Positions 13,324 to 25,858 of a stretch of DNA of 64,000 bases are shown here, one piece after another. How positions within the stretch are numbered: position 1 is the first letter of the stretch; each line of letters begins with the position of its first letter. This DNA is from Nemertoderma westbladi (Eukaryota > Animalia > Xenacoelomorpha). The stretch covers positions 57,723-121,722 of the forward strand of contig JAUCBJ010000641.1 of the NCBI GenBank assembly GCA_032718475.1, written 5' to 3'. Below the pieces are notes generated by a model. It saw only the letters and a list, made by a program, of their open reading frames with translations. It was not told where the DNA came from and made no database searches. The position numbers were made by a program, and so were the translations under genes.

Positions 13324-16300
13324 TTGCCTAACTCAACTTTTTTCGAACCTTATAATTTAAAAGCCGTTGGTAATAACGACTTCGACACAGAATTCAACCC
13401 TGATGTGCATATAAATGCACATATAAATGCACCTAAAAATTGTACATACTACTTTTCAGATGATTTCAATGAAAAATTCAATAACGAAAATTTATATGAT
13501 TTGTCTTTACTTCACCTAAATTCAAGGAGCCTACCAGGCAACTTTGAGAACATATCTGCATATATAAAACAACAAATATCAATAAAATTTGATGCTATAG
13601 GAATTAGTGAGACATGGCTAAATGCAGATAGGCATATAATCGACAATTATAATTTGGAAGGATATAATTTTTTTCAAAAAAATAGGGAAACAAAGTTGGG
13701 TGGGGGAGTTGGTCTTTACATTAAAGACACAATATCAGCTATACCACGTGATGACCTTTCCAAGCTTCCGAGTATTGGAAATGGATTGGATTCACTATTT
13801 ATAGAAATTCCACAAGAGAAAAGTAAAAATATCTTAATTGGTGTCATTTATCGACCCCCTGATCATTGCATTCAGGACAGCATCACATCACTAAACATCA
13901 TATTACAAAAAATTACAGACGAGGGCAAAATTTGTTACCTTATGGGGGATTATAATATGGACCTCCTTAAGGTAGAACAGCATGCACCAACAAGTGATTT
14001 TTTTAATTTAATGACTTCTCATTGTTTTCACCCAACCATTTCTAAACCAACCCGTATCACTGACACAACTGCTACCTTAATTGATAACATATTTGTAAAC
14101 ACGCTTCCTACTTCTCTCGACTCTGGTATTTTTATATGTAATTTAACAGATCACCTACCCATATTTCTCCTCAGTAAATTTAACAGCAAACTTAGTAAGA
14201 GAGACATTAAAAAATTTGTATTACAGAGGCAATATTCTGAAAAAAACAGTACAATTTTTAATGAGAAACTCACTAGCTTTGACTGGAATACCATGTTGCT
14301 GCTAGCTAGTGACCATGACAATGCAAATGATATGTACAATAAATTTGTAGCAATTTACTCAAAAATATATAATGAGTGCTTTCCAATGAAACGAATAAAA
14401 TTAGCAAATCCCAAAACACCATGGATACCGCATAATATATTAAAATGTATCAAGAAAAAAGACAGATTTTACCACGATTACCTCATCCATAAAAATGAAA
14501 AAGCCAAAGAAAAATTTGTGAAATATCGCGATGCACTGAAGACAATCATTCGAAGGTCTAAAATTAATTATTTTAATAACGCCATGGACAGTAAAACTCG
14601 AACAGTGAAACAAATATGGCAATCTATAAATCAACTAATTAACCGCAAAGTCAACAAAACATCTGGGCCGACTTTAATTCATCATGATTCCCGTACTGCC
14701 ACGGAACCCAAAACGATTGCTACCTCCATGAATCAGTATTATTCTCGTGTAGCTTTTAATCTTGACAAAGAGATACCAATAGTCGAAGGTAATCCCATTG
14801 ATTATTTATCACCAATTAAATTTCCCAATTATCATCTAGATGAATTTAATAGTGTTTCATGTTCTGATATTAAAACAATAGTTTTGGATTTTGGTTCAAA
14901 GGCCAGCCCCGGTCATGATGGTATCCGTGGTAAAATTGTCCAGAACTCATTACAGCCGATCCTATTACCTCTAACATATATTATTAATTGCTCTCTCCGC
15001 ACCGGTATTGTACCAGACAGTCTGAAAATTGCACGAGTTATTCCAATTTTTAAATGTGATGACCCCACGATTCCTAAAAACTATAGACCAATATCGGTCT
15101 TACCATTCTTCTCTAAGATTTTCGAAAAAGTTGTTGCTAAACAACTTCTAAAATATGTCACCCACCAGGTAATTATATCGCCATCACAATTTGGGTTTCA
15201 GGCAAACATATCAACGCAATTAGCATTATTAACACTTGTAGACAAAATTACATCATCCCTTGAAAAGAAACAATCAACATTAGCACTCTCAATAGACCTA
15301 TCAAAGGCATTTGACACGGTTAACCATGCAATTCTATTAAGCAAAATGGAACACTATGGAATAAAAGGTGTTGCATTGGAATGGTTCCAAAGTTACTTGT
15401 TCCAACGTAAACAATATGTAGCCATTGACAATATTTGTTCCGAACAAAAAATTATCCAGTGCGGGGTGCCCCAGGGGTCCATTCTAGGTCCTCTGCTTTT
15501 CCTCCTATACTGCAACGACATAACCAATGTCTCCAAAATATTTAGTTTTGTTTTATTTGCGGACGACACCAGCATAGTTAACTCTAGTAATAATATTGAT
15601 AACCTGATTGCCAGTACGAACTCTGAATTACAAAATCTCCAAAAATGGTTTTGTGTCAATCGCCTATCCTTGAATATCAGCAAAACAAACTATATTATCT
15701 TCAATACAAGCAACCGGATCATCAGTCCATCAACTCCAATTCACATTAATAACATTGACATTACTCGAGTAAAGGTGGCCAAATTCCTTGGTGTACACAT
15801 AGATGAGCGACTAAACTGGAAGTACCATCTACACCAAATAAGTATGAAGATTAGTAAAAATATAGGTGTTATAAACAAGGTAAAATCATTTATGACTACA
15901 GAATCTTTAGCAGCTCTATACTACGCAATGGTCCATCCATACTTAAGTTACTGTACGGTAGTTTGGGGTAAATCAATAACGGACAATACTGAACAACTAG
16001 TACCCAGTTACACCAGATCAAAATTTAGACATAGAAGGAGGAGGAGGCGAAAAGTTTATGATGTTGTTTCAATAACAAACATTTTTAAATTGCACAAACA
16101 CCAACAGAAAATTATTTCAATAATTCAACATCGCGATCTTAATTTTTCACCACCTACACTTAATCACATTTTTACTCAACAAGTAGCTATCCTCTCCTTT
16201 AAGTCTATCCGTAATATAACCCCCCATGGGATATTGCCCGACCTATTAACACCCGTTTCAAATGTACACACCCATGAGACAAGATCCTCACAATCTCAAA

Positions 16301-16470
16301 ATGCGTTCCGTCTACGAAATAGGCTAAAAATCCGAACTCAATCTATTTACGCTCTAGCACCAGTAATTTGGAATGGTCTACCTCTTGCAGTGCGACAGTC
16401 TAGCGGATTATTACAATTTAAGTACAAATTAAATAATTTCTTAAGGGGTACTACTATAACTACAACGTAA
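13324..16470 (+). CDS. LINE ORF2: AP endonuclease plus reverse transcriptase, uninterrupted 1048 aa
   Basis: APE motifs LNSRSL, ISETWL, GGGVGLY, IYRPP, GDYN, TDHLP; RT motifs YRPISVL, QFGF, DLSKAFD, GVPQGSILGP, FADD, KFLG. Confidence 0.95.
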   Translation: MPNSTFFEPYNLKAVGNNDFDTEFNPDVHINAHINAPKNCTYYFSDDFNEKFNNENLYDLSLLHLNSRSLPGNFENISAYIKQQISIKFDAIGISETWLNADRHIIDNYNLEGYNFFQKNRETKLGGGVGLYIKDTISAIPRDDLSKLPSIGNGLDSLFIEIPQEKSKNILIGVIYRPPDHCIQDSITSLNIILQKITDEGKICYLMGDYNMDLLKVEQHAPTSDFFNLMTSHCFHPTISKPTRITDTTATLIDNIFVNTLPTSLDSGIFICNLTDHLPIFLLSKFNSKLSKRDIKKFVLQRQYSEKNSTIFNEKLTSFDWNTMLLLASDHDNANDMYNKFVAIYSKIYNECFPMKRIKLANPKTPWIPHNILKCIKKKDRFYHDYLIHKNEKAKEKFVKYRDALKTIIRRSKINYFNNAMDSKTRTVKQIWQSINQLINRKVNKTSGPTLIHHDSRTATEPKTIATSMNQYYSRVAFNLDKEIPIVEGNPIDYLSPIKFPNYHLDEFNSVSCSDIKTIVLDFGSKASPGHDGIRGKIVQNSLQPILLPLTYIINCSLRTGIVPDSLKIARVIPIFKCDDPTIPKNYRPISVLPFFSKIFEKVVAKQLLKYVTHQVIISPSQFGFQANISTQLALLTLVDKITSSLEKKQSTLALSIDLSKAFDTVNHAILLSKMEHYGIKGVALEWFQSYLFQRKQYVAIDNICSEQKIIQCGVPQGSILGPLLFLLYCNDITNVSKIFSFVLFADDTSIVNSSNNIDNLIASTNSELQNLQKWFCVNRLSLNISKTNYIIFNTSNRIISPSTPIHINNIDITRVKVAKFLGVHIDERLNWKYHLHQISMKISKNIGVINKVKSFMTTESLAALYYAMVHPYLSYCTVVWGKSITDNTEQLVPSYTRSKFRHRRRRRRKVYDVVSITNIFKLHKHQQKIISIIQHRDLNFSPPTLNHIFTQQVAILSFKSIRNITPHGILPDLLTPVSNVHTHETRSSQSQNAFRLRNRLKIRTQSIYALAPVIWNGLPLAVRQSSGLLQFKYKLNNFLRGTTITTT

Positions 16471-16932
16471 GTATCAATTTCACTTGTTTTCTATAATTAT
16501 TTCGCTAGTTATTGTTATCATTTAGTTATTATAATTTTCACTTGTTTTCTATATTCTGCTAGTTATTGTTATTCTATGTATCAATAATAAATTTAAACAT
16601 ATTAATGTACGTATTATAATTAGTTTTGTTGCAACAGTAAGCTTTTTGTAGGCCCATTTTAAGAATTGTATAAGGTTTTTTTTTTCTCTACTGTATGTAT
16701 ATTGTTTGTTTGTTTAAACTGGTGTCTGAAATAATGGGATCCTCCGTGCAGGCACCAGCCACGCAAATCTAATCCAATTATTTTAAATTCACAATGTAAT
16801 TAAATACTATATTATTAATAATAATAGCTTGTTTCTATCAGTTCATATTATTGTGTTGTGCATGCATTATTATATAATTTAATATCAATATTTGTGTGGG
16901 AATAGTTTAATAAAAGTTAAAGTTAAAGTTAA
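13324..16932 (+). mobile_element. CR1/L2-group LINE lacking ORF1, with 3' UTR and (AAGTTA)n tail
   Basis: ORF2 followed by AT-rich UTR, AATAAA and aagttaaagttaaagttaag near 16910-16932; 5' boundary approximate. Confidence 0.85.
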
Positions 16933-17059
16933 GACTGTATTCAGTACAGCAGTAGGTCAGTACAGTAGGTGGTACAGTGGTAGGCCAATATGTGTCTGAA
17001 TCTGAAAGCAGGCAGAAAAATGCTGTTTTTTACAGTAATCAACTTAATTAACTAATTAA

Positions 17060-17300
17060 CTGCTATTATCTTAGCTTCTCGAAGGCCATACGCAAATAAA
17101 ACTGGGAAAATTTCTAAACTTTTTCCAAACAACATGTGTATGTACCAAGTTTGGTTAGATTTCATCGAGGATTCACTGAGTTATTAACGTTCAAAATTAG
17201 ACACAACAGAACGACAGAATAACAGACACCCCACACAGATTGAGATAGTGCTACCCGTATTCTAAGCTCGCTTAATTTCGTGGCTCGCCCCGCGTTAATA
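17060..17300 (-). mobile_element. Probable Helentron-associated (HINE/DINE-1-like) element fragment
   Basis: Minus-strand start TTATTAACGCGGGGCGAGCCACG..GCGAGC resembles the 36761 element start TTATGCTGTGGGGCGAGACACG..GCGAGC; TCTG-like repeats and CCAAACTTGG core. Confidence 0.45.
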
Positions 17301-17509
17301 ATATTGTTAGAAATGTAATGAAACTTCCCCAGTAGGCCCTATAAGTCCAATACGATTTACTTAATCTCGATCCTACTTCTTATACCGACGTCCCCTTTCC
17401 AACTAAATTTCTAAGTTCTGAGACACGCGGCCGCAGAGATATAAGCTATTTAATTATTAACCTATCCATCACTCGGGAATTCTTTCCTAACTTTCAATAA
17501 ACTTTCAAA

Positions 17510-17800
17510 ATTCACTCATATAAAGGTGGAGAACCGAGTGATTTTAATAATTACAGGCCAATCTCTTTACTCCCCGTTTTATCTAAAATTTTCGATATAA
17601 TAATCAACCGTCAACTGCAATCCTACCTACAGTAGATAAATATAATATACTAAACAATTTGGGTTCCGTGCTAAAACTTCTACTTCTCAGACGCTACTAA
17701 CTGTTATAGAAAAAATACGCCCAGCCCAAGACCAATAATATTCAACTTGTACAATTTTCATAGATTTAAAAAAGGTCTTTGATAAGTTGAACCATAAAAG
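17510..17800 (+). pseudogene. Degraded CR1/L2 RT fragment
   Basis: NYRPISLLPVLSKIF, QFGFRAKTST, IDLKKVFD with stops and frameshifts. Confidence 0.8.
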
Positions 17801-19050
17801 ACAAATTATTTCTAGTCTTGAACCCTACTGCCGCAGTGCCGGATTAAGCCTCTGGTGGCCCTAAGGCACATTTTAGTAATTTCCAAAAATGGCCCGAAAA
17901 TTTATATTTGTCCGCAAACCATTTCAAAAGAAAAAGCTGCTAAAAACAACTGAAATTGTTGCGAATGATATATAAAGTATTTTCGTTGGATGACTGCGTG
18001 CCAATAAGTACTTTGCAAGAATAGTTTTCATCAAGAATTGTAACATTACTAAACGGGATATTATGCTATTCTTATAAAACCTTTGCTATAAAAAGTATAA
18101 TAGAGCTTCATAAACTCTTTGTTCGAAAAATATGGCACTTTTTGAGCAGGTCGGTTTTTTTCAAAAATTCTGTAAATTGTGTGGCATTTATATGTAAATT
18201 AGCTCATGTTTAAAGATCTGTAATACCACCTGCATTAAAGTTCTTGGCTCAAGACTTTGGTAAAATGGACCTAGATATGTAGGCTATCTTCTATGAAAAC
18301 TTTAAAACAATTTTATTAGCACAAAATGATTGTTTTTGAAAAATTTATGGGGGTTTTAGTATGTCCGGGCTATATTTTGGGAATCTAATATTTTGTGATA
18401 GACAAAGTGTAGTAGGGTACACAATCGGTTCTAGAATATCCAAATGGCCATGTTTTACAAAACCAACGATAGTAGTCCTAAAGCTGCTGAACATTTTGGT
18501 ATATGTTTGATGGCAATTGAGTAAAAAATAAAATAGTAGTAGGGAATTGAGTGATGAAAAAGTCAAAATTGACAAACTGATAAAAAGGTTTGTTATACAG
18601 AGAGTCATAAATATCAGCAATATATTATGTTGTTGAAAAGAGCAGTTTTGAGGTAAAAAAATAATTCAATCTTGAAAACCGATCTTATGAAAGCCCTTCT
18701 ATCAAACTACAAAAAATTGTGTAAATTTTCGAAAATTTCATTTCTGTGGGGGTTATAGTTGGCCCCTGTAAGCATTTAACAATTTTGATCGGATCGTGGG
18801 AATGTGTTATTTATTTGCTGTAGGGTACTTATACAGGGTACTTATCTACAGGGTAGGGCCTAGTTATCTTTACAGGACTTGCTGAGAAATACAACACACC
18901 AAAAGTGCAAAGACATAATATTTCTGATCTAGATTTGGACTTGCTGAGAAAGTAATGTTCTTCGATAAGAGAATAGTCTCGGAAATAAGCACTTTTTGTC
19001 ACTATTTTAATTTACTAAAATTTAATTATGCTGTCCGAGAGTTTTAGGTT

Positions 19051-20163
19051 TTGCAGGAATTGCTTGATCTCATCTGTAACAACTCAACTGTACCCGAAAT
19101 TTCATCAGAAACCATAAGGACTGCGATTCTCTCGTTGAACAAAAATAAGTCGCCAGACTCTGCATCACTAGTAGTGGAGCACCTACTAGCTCTTAATCCA
19201 ACTCTTGTTGTAGGGGTTCTCCACAATATCTTTAGAACATCGTTGCGCCTAGGTCATTGTCCCCAACTTCTTGGGGAGACGATAATTACATGTATCTATA
19301 AGGGTCACAGGAAAGATAGATTTCATCCATCCTCATATCGTCCGGGGTCTACGGTCAATATTATTGCAAAGATCTTGGAAGCGATTTGCCTCTCAGAATT
19401 TCTTCGGAGTGTCATAAAACCGCATGAGCTGTCGATGGCGTACCAGAAAGGCATTGGGTGTGACACTTCTATCAGTCTAGCATATGAGATTATAAACCAC
19501 TTTAACAGTAGCCGAGCTCCAGTGTACTTGTGCCAGACAGATATTGACTCAGCATTCGACACAGTGTGTAGACTCCTTCTGCAGTATTACCTTAGTGGCC
19601 GTTTCTTTTTCAAATTTGGTGAGGAGGTTGACATCAATAGCTTCACTCCAAGAAATGGAGTTAAGCAAGGATCTATCCTTTCACCGATCCTGTTTAATTT
19701 TCATATTTCTGATGCAATTGAGGCTGTTAAGAATTCTGGACTGGGGTGTAGAATTATTATGAATCGCAGTGTCTCCATCCTCAACTATGCCGACGATATC
19801 ATTTTATTTGCTGAATGCGGTGGGGACATCGATAATATGATGGTACTTCTGGATACCGAGCTAAAGAAAATTGGACTTTCTATCTCCATAAGTAAAACTC
19901 ACTGGACGATGGTAAATGGGTCATCTAAAGTGCAGAGTCTCTCTGACAGAACGCTATCAATCCTTGGTACAAATGTACTGTTCACTAAGTCAATATCTTT
20001 CCTTGGATTTACTTTCTACCAATCTCCATATCAGCTTCTAAATGAATGTCGACGCAGGATATCGTCAATGGGGGCGATCTTCCACACCAGGGGTTGGACA
20101 GTACGGCAATTTCCTGCGGAATGCATTGCCAGGCTATGGAATGCTGTCGCTGTGCCTGGTATC
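19051..20163 (+). pseudogene. Non-LTR RT ORF, part 1, cut by BEL/Pao A
   Basis: SYRP, DIDSAFDTV, GVKQGSILSPILF, YADD, FLG; ends at the GTATC target duplication. Confidence 0.88.
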
Positions 20164-21370
20164 TGTTCGCGCTTTCAGACCTTTGGCAGTTTAACCCGCC
20201 AAATTAAGATGTCTTCTAGATATTAAATCGTTTTTAGTCTATGACAAGTATTTGATTCACTACACTAGTCGAAACCAATCTGTGCGCGACCATTCACCCG
20301 CTGGATATTCCCGGGAGATTGGGTTCGACGGTTTAATTTTATTGCTATGTAAGCCTAATGTATTATTCGACTGACAGTATTATATAATCTCTGACAATAT
20401 TATTCACCTTCGGGAATATTAACAGTTCCTTTAGGACGTGGCGCTTTATCTATATAAACAGAGTTATGACTTAAACTACTCACAACGATATGGCTTAATT
20501 ATAATTCACATATATGGCGCATTCTTTAGGAATTGCTTCTTTAACAAACTCACTCATACGCAATGCTGCACAATACTGCACACTAATCTGCCAATCTTCA
20601 CTGATTTTAGTCACATATAAAAGGAACACAGACTGACTCATGTAGGGTCTATCAAATAACATTAGATTCACTTCAAACCACTTTAACATAAGTCACAATC
20701 GTTATTGGTAACCTTTCTCTCTTACCTTCGGTATATCAAGAATATTGGGTTTCGGGGTTATTTCTCGTTATTCCAAATATAATAATTCATCAACCATATT
20801 ATGAAGAACTGACAGTAAATAGCAGTATAAAACAACAACTGAACACTGATTGTTATGAGTTTGCAATGTTTCAGCAGTCAGGATGTATGATCAGTTAGCA
20901 GTGAGATATTTACAGGTTAAAGGATATATGTCCTTATAATTAAACCTACTAGTGTAAGACTAAAAACTGAAAACACGGAGGTGCCAAAAGCCGGTTCTTA
21001 GGCTCTGGGCAAAAACATAACACTGAACTACTGAGTTTCTGTATTTACCTCCAACACAGAGACAACAAACGCTCTGATTGGTCAACCTGAACAACGAGAG
21101 AACAAAGAAACAAAGAAACGTCGACGTGGCAATATCAGCTGCTAGCCGTCGTCATGGTAGCGACACTGTTTTCAAGAGTATCGAGCTTTTACGTCACGGA
21201 ATTACGGATTATGTCCTCTAAAGTACAAATACAGAAGAAATAGCTTTTATGTCCGCTAAAACACCAGTACAGCAAGGACACGGCCTTTTTATGCCTGGTA
21301 AACCAACTACAGAGTATTTTACGGGAAAAATAAGGAAAAATAACCGGGCAATTCAGCAAAAGCTTTTACA
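20164..21370 (-). repeat. 3' LTR of element A
   Basis: Only about 3 differences seen versus 32152-33358; preceded on minus strand by purine tract GGGAGCGG (21378-21371). Confidence 0.97.
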
Positions 21371-21399
21371 CCGCTCCCAGAAAATGGGATTTTCAGTCT

Positions 21400-22781
21400 A
21401 TAAAATATAAAAATCACAGTTTCTAAAACATAAAGATACTCTAAACAGTTAGTCTTTCTTACGCAGACGGCGTTTACGCAGTTTTTTGAGGCTAGCAAGA
21501 GTCTTTCTCTCTTTGGGGGGAGCCACTTTACTAGGAGGGCCATAACTCCTGGGTGAAGGGTGCAATATGATTGCATCAGAAGGTGTAGGTTTATGGTCGA
21601 GGTATCTGCCGTTTCGATATGCTTCTCCTCGAGCTGATTTTCCTCCGCTCGTAGCTGGATACGTTCATCCAAAAACTCTCGCAGAGAATAGGATCGTCCA
21701 AGTTCGATAACTTCTTAGAGATTCTGGATTTCCCAATCGAATTGAGATAAGGCCAATTCGTTTATCGATTGGACTTACTGTTATAACTTACGTTTATCTG
21801 AACAAACGCAGGTTTCCTTTTTGATCTTTATAGAATAGCGTTTAACTCGTTTCGTACAACGCTCTCCTTCACCTTGATGAGGGGTTGTATCGCGTTAAAC
21901 GGGGACGACCATACGGTTGGATAGTGATATTAGGTGTCTGCGTCATAATCCGGCTAGGCAAGATGGGCGGCTAGCTAGAAATCACTGTCGGAGTGTTACC
22001 GATTAATTGTTAGGGTAGCACTAGATCTTGAACAGTGAATACCGTCCGCGAGGATCCGCGACACCACCAGGATCACAGGTCTGAGGTCCAACTAAGGAAT
22101 GAGGAGGTTTGACCGAGTATTCCGGGACTCTGATCGTAGGTTTACTCTAGGATCGTTAGAGCCGAGTGAGCATAGGTGATACGTCAAACAAGTTTCGCTC
22201 GAAACTCCAGTAAATATAATGAATACAACTGTGTTTAACACAACGTTTCCGTGGATGTTTATGTCTTTCCGTTTATTGGCTGGATCTAGGGCATTTACCG
22301 TAATAATACCAAAGACGCACGTCTGGTAGGGGAAACGCGGGTGATATTTATTTGTTGTTACAATGCTTCTATCAAGAATTCCAAATATACGTTGGAGTTA
22401 CCGCGTTTATTTGTTTCTTTAGTGTCTTTTCTTTCGAGTCGATTTCGAATAGAATTTTCGCATTCGAATTTCAGTTTATGGTTCCGACTCCGCTGGGCAG
22501 GATATATAGTCGACATAGTCCGTATTGTGTAAATCGATAGGATGACCAGTAGTTAAGAAGACCATATACGTACCATTACGCTGCGTATATCGAGCAGCGA
22601 ATTTTCTATAGTCCAACTCGCGCGCGAGCTGCTCTTGGGACATTGGCGGTTCGATATAACGACCATCGTCCTCCGCAGCAGTTGGACTAACGTCGCCGCG
22701 TATTAAGCTATCAACAAACGCTTGTAAAAGTAGAGTATATCGCTCCCCGATACCAAGACCATCTTCTATCAACTCCGTCAT
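21400..22781 (-). pseudogene. Decayed, deleted copy of the extra ORF in element A
   Basis: MTELIEDGLGIGERYTL... homologous to the 44870 ORF; stops; jumps near 21610 to the basic C-terminus. Confidence 0.85.
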
Positions 22782-24430
22782 ATCTGCTATATATGAGTTT
22801 ATCCATATTATAATGAGTTTATATTTAGGCGAGCGGACGTCGCTGCCTACCCCAATCAACCCCCGGACAGTACGAGATCCTCAGCGCCGATGTGTCGTCG
22901 CCGCTGTACTTTCGCCAACGACGTAGCCGCACAACGACAACGACCACCGGCACAAGTCACTCAACTGTCCGTCCCAAAGGCTTAGATGTACTTCAGGTTT
23001 TCCTTGGAGAGTTAGGTTACTTTTACGATTGCGACTAGCTACTGTAAACACACTTTAGCAGTAACATTCACCTATAAACTCACAAATACCACACAACTGG
23101 TCACAACTACGCACATTCGGGCCATTTGTCCGTTAGTCAATGCCTTCCAGAATGTCACTGTATTATTATGTATCCTTGGATACTAGTAGTGCGCTATTTA
23201 TTCCCTATGCTATTCAATGGGACAAGCTTTCTATTGTTCGTTTAACTCAATTCTAATTCTAGCGTGGTTGTTGCTATGGTGACATTATGCAAAGCTAGCG
23301 GTAGAATTAGAGTAATTCCAATGCATACAGATCTGGGATGTTATTTAATAGTAATTCTTTAATAGTCAATGTCCTGTTTATACATGACTTTACGAATTTT
23401 ATCGGCTATTAACTATGTTTGGGAGACTTTCGTACACGCATACGCATAATAATATAAATCTCCGCTCCCTTGATCTATTAATTAATGGAATTTTGGGAAT
23501 GTTATAAATTGCGTAAAATGGCAATTTATTAAATTCATTAAAAGACATGAATTTAAATTTATTCCCTGAAATTTTATTATTTGATAATTAAATGGACATA
23601 TTTTGATTCTAGAACTTGTCTAGGGACACAAGATCCTTAATTCTAAGAAAATTGTCTCTTTAAGAATATCGGTAAATGCTACGATATCTTAATTGACTAG
23701 AATTGTTGAAGGATCTGAATTTTACAGATTTTGACTTATTTGATTTGTAAATATTAACTAATTAATATTTGAGATGGGCACCGATTTATTCCAGAACTTG
23801 TCTGGGGACGTTAACCATTGATTCTAGAATTTGTCTTTCAAGTATATCGGTGGGTGCCACGATATCTTAATCGACTAGAATTACAGATGGTCAAAGGGTT
23901 TAACAGATTTATTTTGCGTTATACGCTACTGTTAAAGGGACATCACGCTACTATATGTATTATTTAATATACGGTATGAGAGCAATATCGCACGAAGCAA
24001 TGTCAGTGTGAAGAGGCAAGTCGTTTCCAAGGTCTACCCAGAGCTTGGTTTAGCCGAGACACGAGGATCTGAACTTTGCATTCCTAATACTCTGCCTACC
24101 AATAATACTTAAATATAGTAGTGGCTTTATTGTACTTTAATAAGTACAGACATTTCATCTCACTGCAGTTACGTATTTATAATATAATACGGACAGTAAG
24201 GAAAGAGAAAAAATAATTATTTCTTCGCCGTCTCACTAAATATAATATAAGTAATTACGTACGTAATAAACACGAATATATTGCACTATTCTACAAAATA
24301 ATCGCCAAAATAATATTCTACTAAATTAAATAAAACGATTATAATAAAATTACATAGTAATACATACATAAATATAAAAATGATAAAAATAATATAAAAT
24401 AATAGAGTCACACGCCCACTCCATATGTTG

Positions 24431-25222
24431 TTACGTTATGGAGTCCCTAGATGTTTGAAGGATTAGGGAGGTGGTCGCGGGAAGAGAATCTTGCCTTCCA
24501 CAGTTTCCGGAGAGTCCTCCATTCCCTTCCGATAAACACAAACGACCGACTGGGTGATTGAGTCGCTGCATCCTGAATACAATTCCAGGTTTCCTCTTCG
24601 TCCTGGAATAGTGACGATAGAAACATCGCTCAAAGTATATGACGGCGTCACAAAGCCGATTCCAGGAGCTATAGTGGTCCGTCGCTCTCTGCAGGAGAGG
24701 TGAGAGTCCCTGCGAGACGTCTGATGTTCCAGAGCTCCAATCGCTCTCTCTGATCTTCATGAAGGATCCACTCGCGGTGGGGAGGCCCAGATCCACGGCG
24801 TCGTCCCTGGCAACATGTAATACCGACAGATCTATCCCGGGTTCAAATAACTCCGATCCACCCGTCCTGGTTTCAGGTTCGACTTTCTCCGCTCCCTTGG
24901 CTGGTCTAATCTCAGTCGGAGTAAGATGGGGAGGCCATTCATTCTCCTTACTCAGGAAGTCGGGTTCACCTAACCGGTCTATAGTATCTGTCAGTTCTTG
25001 AGGAGTTGCTCCTCTGGAAGCGATGTCCGTTGGATTAAACTTCTTGGGGCAATATCTCCATTGATCTACATTGGAGCTAAGATTGTCATTATCTGAGGAG
25101 TGTGGTGTTCCCTCAGTTGGGTCGTCTCCCTCACTAGTATCATCTTCCCATTCACTCACCTGGCGGACGCGATCTTGAAGCAGTCTTTCTCTGAGCGTTC
25201 TTCGGGAAGGTCCAGTAAGGTA
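24431..25222 (-). pseudogene. Pol remnants of element A (fused post-protease, RNase H tail and integrase C-terminal pieces)
   Basis: QWRYCPKKFNPTDIASRG, HYSSWNRL, LNHPVGRLCL match separate parts of element B pol. Confidence 0.85.
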
Positions 25223-25235
25223 CCAACCTACTCTA

Positions 25236-25858
25236 CTACTACTACTACTAGGATCGGCATGCTGCATTGCAGCTGCATTTTTAAGAATGCTGTGCCGGCT
25301 TGTCAACAAAATTGCACCGCCACAACTCCCTATCACCCATGACATTTGCTAGATCATCCGCATCTTTAAGGCCAGTGTCCTTTAAGATGCGTCTCAAGAA
25401 AGTCATGGGCTGTCCACCATGCTTATTCGCTCCATGAGGCTGCCAAAGTACAAGATTATGCACTGGCTGGTCCTCACGGCGAAAGCAATGTCCTGCAAAG
25501 CGGAGGCGATTTTGTTCTAGTGTCAAGCTTGGGGGAACCAATGAGACACCTCCAATGTTATATAGTGTCTGGTTGGAGATGTGTGCATTGTACTTGACAC
25601 AATGTACCCGGCGTAGCATTCTTGTGAATGTGCCATCCAGAGATTTGGTGTCCTCAGCAGTTAGAGCCCAGCATGGACTCCCGTAGAGGAGTACTGGAAC
25701 TACTGCTGCTCTAAATAATCGGACCTTAAGTTTCCGATTAATTCTAGGTGACTTCCAAATCCTGGAAAGCCTATTCAAGGCTGCCCATGCCTTTCCCTTA
25801 CGTATTCGAAGGTCCTCACCTGACTTCCGGATCCATGATCCCAGGTAACAGAAGTCGT
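25236..25858 (-). mobile_element. 5'-truncated RTE-like LINE inserted in element A
   Basis: DFCYLGSWI...RIWKS...LLYGSPCW...LRFAGHCFR; (TAG)n tail; 13-bp TSD CCAACCTACTCTA at 25223-25235 and 25859-25871; empty site present in B near 50465. Confidence 0.92.

Noticed and set aside
17834-18800. hAT-like element starting CAGTGCCGGATT
   Set aside because: No matching right end found
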